Shown in pieces: positions 53,924 through 64,000 of a stretch of 64,000 nt of DNA. A program made the position numbers and the translations under genes. The notes below the pieces were generated by a model. That model was given only the letters and a program-made list of their open reading frames with translations, was not told the origin of the DNA and did no database searches. Origin of the DNA: Botryllus schlosseri. Its lineage: Eukaryota. The stretch is from NCBI GenBank assembly GCA_051294905.1, contig CM119378.1:1674001-1738000 (forward strand), given 5' to 3'. Numbering within the stretch: position 1 is the first letter of the stretch; every line of letters begins with the position of its first letter.

Positions 53924-53984
53924 GGTTCACGTCACTGTTATAGCTGCACAGAAAGTAAGACGAAACAAGAAATGTACTAAGGCC

Positions 53985-54284
53985 AATTTGGTTGCTTGTT
54001 TTGAGGTATTCATGGTGTTTGTCGACTAGTATGGTCATTGGTCAATGACCATTTACGCCCGGCCAATTTTCCTAGTTTTTATTCCGTAACTGCCGACTTG
54101 TAGCACGGCTCGGCCCGCACTTCTAGGCTTTTATAAGACACCGCTTACGCGGATGAGATGGCGAGGATGAGCCGAGATACACCTCCAACACTTAGGTAGG
54201 AATTCCGGAGTCTACCACGGTCGAACTCGAACCCGCAACCCATTGGTGTTCCAGCTGTGGATCATACCACTACGCGATCTCGTC
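53985..54284 (-). mobile_element. tRNA-derived SINE, family B
   Basis: Minus strand has A-box TCGCGTAGTGG and B-box GGGTTCGAG; the body aligns with 41504-41720. Confidence 0.8.
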
Positions 54285-54719
54285 ACAAGGCCAATTTGTG
54301 TCGTAAAGCGTTATGCCATATCTACGCCAGTGGCTCCTAACCGGAATTCCATGCAGCTTGTCTCATGGGTTGCTCTGCAGGTCAAGACACTCACTCAACT
54401 CATACATATGATTTGTGGTCACACGCCATTATTGGTTGCAGTCAATTAGGCTGGGTCGGTAATTGTGAATTGATTGTTGATTCAAATTCAATTGTAAATG
54501 ACGTGGGGCAAGTCGTGTATAGCATGGTACCGTTCCCCAGACTTGGACGATTGAAAAATTTTCAGATTTTCCAAATTACAGTGTAATTAGAATTACAGTT
54601 ACAAAGTTTTTTTCAATTAGAGTAGAATTGGGATGATAGCTACACAGTCATTTCCAAATTACATTAAAATTATAATTATAGCCGCACAGTTATAACCGTC
54701 CTTCTGATATGCCAACTCG

Positions 54720-54947
54720 GTCCCCAACATTTATTCAATAAAATATCTTCGTTTTCCGTGACAATCACGTTTTAATGGTTCTGTTCTTTCACGGAGTTAT
54801 TGGGGCACAGGTCAATTTGCTCGCGAGTCTTCTTTAGTAATGTAGATGTGTCACGTGGTAAATTCTTGTTTTTGTGATTTGGGGTTCCGCGAAGGCTTGT
54901 AGATCACCGTTAGCATTCCGCGTGTTAGTAAAGGTTAATAACCACTG
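54720..54947. mobile_element. hAT MITE right-end fragment
   Basis: Ends GGTTAATAACCACTG, preceded by GGGGTTCCGCGAAG as in the 11256-11737 type; left TIR not found. Confidence 0.5.
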
Positions 54948-57900
54948 ATCTACACAATAGTCTTGGTTGCTATATGTCAATTTTCAGCATTTTTGTGCTC
55001 TGCTTTGTACAGGACTAGTAATTAGTTACCGTCATTATTCCATAGTATGTGCCTTGCTTTCTTATTTATACCATGTGTTCCGTGATCACTGACTATTGGT
55101 TCACTGCTATTTGAATAGTTAATTATATAGTGGTCACCTGCGTTAGTGATTCCGTCGTTGAAGATGGAATACACTGGTAAATTAGGACACACGATTAAAG
55201 CACAGAACGTGACAGAGGTACGGGGCACGTTGCACCGTGCGATATCATCATGGTGTGGTTGCTATACCTACGTCACGATATCAAAACAATACATAACATG
55301 AAAACCACGACATTTAGACTCAAATTTTTCAATGTCCGAGAAGCATTGTTGTGGTAAAGTTGCTGCATATTTGTAATCAGCGAATTGAAGTCTCCATAAA
55401 TAGGCCCTGTAATTTTAATCGATACATGCAGTTGAAAGAAAGAAACACAATCGACCATCCGATTACACTTTGACACTGCAATACATGAATTCCAAGTTTT
55501 AAAGGAAGAGTAATTTCTCAAGAACCTATAACAAAGCTCATCCGTGATCCGATAATATCTTTCTCGAAATGCTTTGAGGACACAATCCATTGTTTAAAGT
55601 TGATTTGAAGCATTGTTTTGGTGCTATCGGAATGTGTCTTAGCAAGCATAATCCTGGGCATGGGACGTTTTGTTGACCATGGCGAAAAGTCGGTTTGGAA
55701 TGCTGCCAGAGCGAATCCCACGTCCGGAATCGATGTCACTTCGGTTCGCTTCGTAAACACGAGTAACAACTATATAACGTCAATTGAAATGAGTAGCCTG
55801 AAAAAACGGCGTATTGACGAAACTATGGTAAATCAGGCGCTAATTCTGATTTTCGTGGGACCAAGAAATATTTATTGCAAACGATGACTAACTCAATCAA
55901 ATTCATGTTGCCTATTCGCATGTGCGGCATGTTTTCTAGAGATATCACGCAGATACTGTTGGAGGTACAAAACGTCAATATACAATTGAAATATTATATT
56001 CAATACAGATATTATGCTGTTTGGGTGAATCAAGGTCAGGGAATGCGAATTGCTATAGGGACATGCAGTATTCGACATATTATTACGGATGTTATTGTCT
56101 AATGTCTAAATATTCATTTTTGTCATAATCGAGTGCATGCTTGCGTGAAACTATAGTATAGTTGCTGACAATTACCCGTGAAGACTGTCAGACGAACATA
56201 CTCAGGTTTTTTTTAATACAGATATCGCACAGTTTGGAAGGGACAAAGAATGCAATTTGCTATACGGAAACGCAGTAATCATCACTATATATCGCAGCAT
56301 AATTGCATGTGTCTTAATTATCATCATTGTCATAATTGAGTAGATTGCCTATGGCTTAACTCTGAACTAATAATAACTTCGCGATAGGTTTACATATCGA
56401 CATTAACGGAAGAGTCGGTGTGACTCCATAAGATTCAAAATGGCGAAGGACGGTATTTCAAGTCAGTCCCGTTTAGATTGTAGCATGTATGCTTTTCTGG
56501 TGAAAATTTAGAGAAAAAATAGAAAATTTGATATATTACGCATTATCATATGTTCGAGATTATAACAAACGTTTTATGTGAATTCGATTTAGAGGGAACT
56601 CGAAATCGGTTCCCAGTATCCGTAATATACACGCGATACGTAATTTTGAGTTTTGATATGCCGCGTGGGCTGCACTGATTAAAATTGCTTCAGCCTTTAG
56701 CACTGAATTCACACGAAAACCTGTCAGTTCGTGGAACAGATATGTGCCCGGTGCCTATATTTACTGATTCGTAATTGATCGTGAAGTAACGTGTCCCAGC
56801 ACCGGTCCAAATATTTACGAAATTGTTCGACATAATTGGGCTCAATTATCAAACCTAACAGGCATCTGCGTCGAGATCACAGATTCGGCGAAACCATCAT
56901 CCCCCATATTAAGGAGTTGAACAAATATAAATAGCAACATCAATAAACCCACAGGAAAACACCGATCATCTCGGTCGAAAAAGATTACAAACGTGTCTCG
57001 CATGCGGGAATCGCCTTCGTAATCCATCCCAGCATTTGCGCAGTCTGCGTAAAGATCGTATAACCAATCGTTTGGAATTAAAGGACATGCCGAGTCTCAT
57101 CTCTTTAAAATTCGCAAGGAGAAAAGACGACAAATGTAGAGATGAGTATCATTATAGTATATAGGGCTGAGACTGTAGGTGAGAAAAATTTCCTTTTATG
57201 GAGACTCTCCTCAACTATAAAGCAGAGCGACGTCATTGATATAAAACGAGTGATTTCACCGCTAAAGAATAATGATCAACTATTACTGCTGATCAATCAC
57301 TGTAGCGGCCGAGAATAAACACTACTTTTCGTTTTTTTGGGACGTACTGACGTCGCTATGATGTGATGTTGAGCGTGAGAAGATAAGGGCCTACATCGAG
57401 GAGAATTTGAAAGTAATATTATATCAACTCGAACTCGTCAATTTCAATATGGGAGTGAAGATCAATGCGCATTGCGAAATGATCACATCACTTAAATACA
57501 ATTGTCATGAGGGATGTGTATTTTGTGTATACTTCTAAAATTAAACATTTCAAGGACCACGGCCAGATACCATTAGTATTCTGTATATAATACTACACAT
57601 ACAATGAATTAACTTGAAGTTGAAAACCCTACATAAGAACGCATCATTTCAATCAGGCTTTAATTTTTGACATATATTACAAACATACTATTAAGTATAT
57701 ACCTGTGGAATTGCTAAAGACATTGTGAACCTTTAATGCTCGCATTCTCTTTAGTTGGCCGATCGCATTCAAAAGAACCTCAGTATAAAAATTATGTTTG
57801 TTGAGAGTGACAAGCATAAGTTTAAAATTGTTTTCAATTATTTATCCTCGCTGCAAGCAAACGCTAGAGAGAAATATTACTGTCCGTGGCGCACAAGGCT

Positions 57901-60900
57901 GGAAACGACGACAGGCACCACTCAAACTCACTATTATAATAATAATAAATGTAAGTTTCGCGGGAATATCGTCATGTTCGGTCAAAGCTATTCTTTTTAT
58001 TTCGATTTGGTTCATTTGGCATTGGTGCAGTCAGTGTTATAACATCTCGTTTTTAATCGCACATATCCTATCGACAATTGACAAAAAAAGATCATAAAAT
58101 TGACTAATAACTATGAAAAATATATTAACGTATGTTATGTAATTCGTTGTGAAATTTCATATTCAATTTTTAGTTTTTATCTCCACATGACTAATGTTCT
58201 CTCCTGATGAGAGTCTACTAAATGTATAAATCTAACCGTCGTTCTTCAACTTGTTACTAGCAACTTATCATCGAAAATTGCTGATAAGTCAATTAAGATA
58301 TGCTAAATATAGTATAGAGTCGAGTGTGACGCAGTAGGACAACCTCTGAGTAAACAGTCAAAGGTTGAAGCCCTATCCGTGTGGTATGGAATTGCATCAC
58401 GATTCTTCGGATTAACAGAATACAATGAATATCGCTTCGGTTATGCTGCCGTGGAATTAATACGATCATATCACGAAAAGTAAATCACCTATATCTTGGG
58501 CATTCGATACGTTTCTGGATAATGCGACTAAGCGCATTTTACGTCAATAGGGGATATAGGTATAGGGCAAGAGTGGGATAGTGTCAACAATGCGTAGGCC
58601 CTACCTCACACCTATTATCAGCACATGAATTTTGCTAATAACCATGAAAGTTATGCCGATGCGCACTTTGTTTACTTTAAAATGGTATTGCCATTAGGAA
58701 AAGATAACGAATAAGCATCACCCCTAAAAAGTATGACGTTGATCATGTCCATGTACATTCGAAGCTTTACCTACAGATATGATACCCTTAGAATGTTTTG
58801 ATTTGGATTTTAGTCCGAATGCTGAGCGTGATTTCGGCTTTTAGACTAATCGTAAGACATAAAGAAACTCATAATTTTGCATTATGCCATCTAGTCACCG
58901 AATACAGATTCCAGATTGCACTGTCACTCTTATCATACAATATAAAATTATACATGATCAGTTATGACATTTTCATTCTTGTGAGCAGTGTGGAGTCCCC
59001 AATATTCTCATGGCGGGTTATAGACGGGTTTTGGCAGTGGCTGGCGTATAGGATGGAACATAATGAGCATATAGGTACACAGTTTATACACTGACAGATT
59101 CACTCTATGCATTTAATACAATGCTACTCCTAGTCTTTAAGTAAAGTTATGCATTTATTGTGAGATTCGAGCACCGTCTGTGAAGGCTTTCACAATAATA
59201 TCACGTCGCGTTTTGTTTTATGGTAGCGCAGTCAGATGACGACAGAAGCATTGTCCGACACATTGCATTTATATCTAGTAATGGTTCATTTGAATTCCAT
59301 TTTTGTGAATTTGTTTTCGTTGAAGTCTGCGGTGCAAGATTCTTTTTGCAGGTGATGATTACCATTCTAAACTTTTAAAAGCAATATATTGCATATATGC
59401 CTATATCGTTGGTTACATTTCCAAAGAAACAAGTTTTTGTATGTAAGGAGGGAATTTAAGAAAAGTTTACTTGCACAGGTGCTCAGTACGTCACTGATCT
59501 GATAAAAGTAACGAGTTACAAAAATATCGTTAATGGCAATGAAATTATACACAAAGTAACATACCATGACTACAAACACAGCTGAATCTGGAGAAATTAA
59601 GGTAATGATATTGCAAAGTAACATCGCCAAGATTATTCGCCCACACAAGTCGGAATCATTAAATATACATCTCATCGTTTCTAGTCTTCCCATGGGCCCT
59701 ACGATATATAATGTGGAAATGGTGTTTGGGAATCAAGCCATGTGGTTTGTCAAAACGACAATACCTGACTTGCAAATTTCGGGCCAATTGTGACAAAGTG
59801 AAAGACCGGCACATCGGTACAAATATTTTGATGACTCGGTCACGATCTCGGATAAAAATTTTAAAAATTATAAATGAACATTCAATATATACTTTGCTTG
59901 AAAATATATTAAAAATAAATAAAAACAACATTAGGCTTAATGACGGGTCATAATTTTTATATAATCATAACCATCTCTTAGAGATGCCCCCTACCCAATG
60001 ATGATGATAATGACGGTACTTTGCGACTTACATATCTATTGCCTGTGAATAAGCATAAGCTTTTGAAGAAATGCCACATTTTTTAGAATAGTTGCGAAAA
60101 CCATTTTCGAAAACGAAGCAATCCAACGCGCAGGGGGTTTCGAAGATGAAAGTTGTAGTTTCTAATGGCATACTAGTGCCACCCAGCGACTAGATTGGAA
60201 TAAATCCATGGATAAAAACGCAAACACGGCGTATCTATGTATATTGGCTACATTGTCGTCCATTCATATTATGATATTTCCATCGGTAAACCACACTTCC
60301 ATTCAATGATATGGACCCGTATAATTCGCTAATTGAACAGAAAAATCAATAATAATATTCAAGATTGGTCTGATTATATTTTCATCTGAAACAAGACAAA
60401 CGCAAATGTAATGCGACAAGACACAATGCGATGTTTGAACAGATAGGAGGATAACGAACGACCAGTTGCAGTTGCAGTTGATGTCTCTTAAACTGGCATC
60501 CACTTCGGCATGGTGCCCGATGTCACAGTCCCTTTTTCGATGTTGGTCTCCGCGGCTCTTTCCATTAACTTTCTAATTGTAAGTGCGCTCTTTCATCGGG
60601 TATTTTTCTGGGCTTTTTGTCACGTTAAGAACAGCGACGTGGGGGAAGAGGAGCTACCGTTTTGGGTATATACATTTATAAAACTGATTGTAAAGGGGTC
60701 AGTGCCCTACCAACCATCAGCATCACCGCACCGACACCGACAGTCGTCAAGCATGTGCGTCCTAATTCAAATCGAAATACAAGCAATTTCTACTGAATCA
60801 ATGCTAGTCAGTCCTCAAGATTACCGGACCACAATCTGAGTGAAGTCGGATGGATCCGTAATTTGAATTTGCTTTCAAAGTCAGATTTTAGCAGGATTTT

Positions 60901-61119
60901 CCGGACTCTGGATTTAAAGTTGCCAGCCAGAACCGAATGTATCTTGTGTGTCTTGTAGTATATCGCATTTTACATTGTGTGCGTGTCTTGGGCAGATGAA
61001 TATATAATCTGACCATTGATTGATTGATTGATATCTGATTCCGAAAATTGGGATTCTGGCCATTTCTGGTGCATTAACTGTATGTGTTTTAGGTAGGTTA
61101 GTTATCTATAGTGTTACTC

Positions 61120-61405
61120 AATCAATCAATCAATCATGTTTATTAATATTTTCATCGTTTCAAAACATCACAAGACTGCGATAAAATGAAAAGATAGGAA
61201 GGTGTCGAAACAACTTGGAGTAGCCTTTAAGATCAGACACCCACCTTAGCCAAGTAGGCAAAGCAAACAAGAGGCATGCACACTGAATGAAAAGCAATGC
61301 AGAGAATATATGACGCAAGCGACAAAATGAGGTGGCATGTGGCGGAGGGCGAGGTCGATGTTAGGTCGTGGTCCGGTAATCCTGAAGACTGGCTAGTATT
61401 GATTT
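61120..61405 (-). repeat. Interspersed repeat, family C, with (TGAT)n tail
   Basis: Plus strand shows (TCAA)4 followed by TTTATT, then the body reverse-complementary to 35500-35775. Confidence 0.8.
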
Positions 61406-61704
61406 AGAAGAAAAAACTCCGCTGCTATAGTGGTGACGAGTGGTAAGACCTTTACAGGTCAATTTTGAGTTTAATTTGATGATTCTGTAAATTTTCTGTC
61501 GGTATACAGTAGTCTACCAGGTGTGAAAGCAGCGTTCAGCTTGTACCCTACTCACCGGTGTAACCAGCAGACGATGAGCCATAAAGTGATTGACAGCCTT
61601 CAGATAATCGTTATGCTTCATTGCAGTCAGATAGAAACATGAAATACATGAAGCGCATGTGAATTGTGAATGAGTGAGTGATAGTTTTGTAAAGTTGAAT
61701 AGCA

Positions 61705-62100
61705 TCAGTTTATTAATATTTTCATCGTTTCAAAACACCACAAAACTGCTATACAATGAAAAGATAGGAAGATGTCGAAACGACTTGGAGTAGTCATTTA
61801 AATCATTCTTTGAACCGATAGCAGACGATATAGATAATATTAGGATCTTGGTTGCTTTCACACCCTACCGTATTTTGCGTCCACTTGCAACGTAATAATT
61901 TTATTTATTACATGAGCTTTCGGAGCTCCTCGGCCAAGGCGAAGTATAGAGAAGAGTCATGTACTGTACACTGAATGAAAAGTATAGCTGAGAATATAAA
62001 ATCAAGCGACAAAATGAGGTGGCATGTGGCGGCGGAAGGTGAGGTTTATATATTAGGTCGTGGTCCGGTAATCCTGAACGCTGACTAGTATTCATTTAGA
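61705..62100 (-). repeat. Interspersed repeat, family C, interrupted by ~130 bp
   Basis: 61705-61800 and 61930-62100 align with 61140-61405. Confidence 0.75.
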
Positions 62101-62598
62101 AGAAATCGCTTGTATTTCGACTTGAATGTGGAGATGCTCGACGACTGTCGGATAGCCGGCGAGATGCCGTTCCACAATTTAGATGCAACACACAGACAGT
62201 CAGTCATTTACTGAAACTTACATAATAAGACCAAAACATCACAAGATCGCGATATAATGAAATGGAAGGATAGGAGGGTTGTGACATATATGTGATTATA
62301 TGGATAACCATAAGCACATTCATCACTTACAGGCGGGTAGGGCCATTGCCCATTGGTAATGTTATTTTCAAAGCTCAAAACATGAGAAACTAATCAAACT
62401 ATATAAACTGTTCTTTGCAGAGTTGATAGATAATGAAGTATTCTATCGATACTTTTTCAAAGTAGGTGCTACCCAAGTATAGGCTAGTTGATGACATTGA
62501 AATAATAGATACCGTAGCCTAAAACACCCAAAGCTGACTACTTTGACCACCACCACCAGCTCTATGATATTTATATTTCAGAGACTAGCATTGGATCT

Positions 62599-64000
62599 AT
62601 GGCAGACACCATACTCAAGCTGAATAGGCTGAGCTACAATCACCGTCTATGCTTTTCAAGTATTCTAAATGGAAAACGCTCCATCCGCTGTACCAGCCAT
62701 GCCCACAATATCAACAGAACATGGGTTAATCAAAAGACCGTCACTTGTAAATTAAATCGGGACCTTGGGCTTGATATTAAATGCACATATGTCGCAACAA
62801 GGTATTTCGGGGTGTGCCAAAGGCGAGCTATGCAGTTGGCTGATGGTGTTACTCAAAAAGAATGGGACGCAAAATTCTGGGCTAGTCGAGAGGCCACGAA
62901 AGCGTCCTCGCACAGATCCATACTGACGAAACTATTCGAGAGAAACAAATGGTTTCGAAAATCTCCGATAGAAATCCGTGGAATGTATTTTGTCATTCTA
63001 AAAGACGGTGCTGAATTCACGCACGCCCCAGATCAAGAAACGACGCATCAACGACTTCTCAGTGACGATGTCCTGGCTACAACTTATGTAACTGATTACC
63101 AGCAACGACCTGTTATCATACCATACAGGTAAAATAGATTTAGCCTGCTATGGATAGTAGTGGCTCGCTAGTCCGTTGTCCAAAATATTATAATATCTTT
63201 CTCTTTACTCCGACCAGACCTGGATATCAAATGATAGATCATTTATCATCATCATTACAGTTGATTAGTGATTGGATAACTGATCATTTCAGACAGGCAG
63301 ATTTTGATTCCAAATTTAAATAGGGCCTATGTAATTATCTAACATGTTTTATTATCAAGAGATGGCCCGATATTTTGTCTAATTTGTCCAGTTAAATTTC
63401 TTCCCTGATTGGTGACGATTTGCTATGTAGCCTATTCTGTTATTCAATTGTGATGTAGAAAAATGAATGCCTGCGCTAGCTTTCAGTCGTTGTTGAGTGG
63501 TTTGTGTTTTTCGTTCAAGTTTTTTGCCTGATGGGAATAGAAATTGATCAGAAAGTTTAGTTAATCTTGATTCCAGGTAGCCGATTGAATTTCAACCTTC
63601 ATATTTATACGACAGTTGCATGATAAAACTGAATTGGCTACCTTTTTTGTATGACACCCTTCTAATTTGATAATCTGTTATTAGTCTAGACCAGGATTTT
63701 GGTATGCTGTCTCAAATTTTGGTGACGAGCTGTAATCCAAACAACTGAAATTGGAACGAAATATACAGAAATTTAGTATGTAACAGAATGAGACAGTTCT
63801 CGATCTAGACTTCTTTCAACCTGCCGTTCTCAAAATGAATCCTTTTTTGCAGATATGTTTCTTCCACTGAATGGGATACGCTGATTGAACCGTTTGTAAA
63901 AGTGCAGTTGTACTCGGCTAGTATGACATATACTGCAATCATGGAAGTAATTACACTACGAAGTAAGGGCGAAATAAAGTATGACACAAGGTATGTTCAG
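62599..64000 (+). CDS. Uncharacterised protein, 5' part only; possible mitochondrial presequence
   Basis: Exon 62599-63128 (176 codons + 2 nt, donor TACAG|gtaaaa) joins in phase to an acceptor ccttttttgcag| at 63853. That frame stays open to the window end (RYVSSTEWDTLIEPFVKVQLYSASMTYTAIMEVITLRSKGEIKYDT). Possible donors after 63962 or 63990. Protein-like composition, not repeat-derived. Confidence 0.7.

Noticed and set aside
56842-57100. LDLa-like-looking peptide CPLIPNDWLYDLYADCANAGMDYE on the minus strand
   Set aside because: The required Cys pattern is incomplete, and the only good acceptor places a TGA in that frame.

Overview
Eukaryotic (animal) genomic DNA, AT-rich, with spliceosomal introns. 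The domain content and short introns point to a tunicate/ascidian, but that is inference. I reconstructed the genes by hand from splice sites and phase continuity. (1) Minus-strand gene, 12227 to beyond position 1: at least 12 exons, encoding a signal peptide, a trefoil (P-type) domain that appears only after removing a 61-nt GC-AG intron, a Pro/Tyr/Arg/Thr-rich linker and at least 11 thrombospondin type-1 repeats. (2) Complete minus-strand gene, 25910-15630: 18 exons, 904 aa, encoding a signal peptide, a Ly6/uPAR-like Cys-rich domain, nine 6-Cys selectin-type sushi domains and a C-terminal VWA domain with an intact MIDAS; no protease or transmembrane segment. (3) Plus-strand gene starting at 62599 and running off the window: unknown product with a presequence-like N-terminus. 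The ~36.7 kb between genes 2 and 3, and many introns, are dense in mobile DNA: hAT elements and MITEs with 8-bp TSDs, a palindromic hAT family, a THAP/P-like foldback element, two tRNA-derived SINE families with a shared core, a LINE fragment, several unclassified interspersed repeats and a minisatellite. No rRNA, true tRNA gene or CRISPR array was found.
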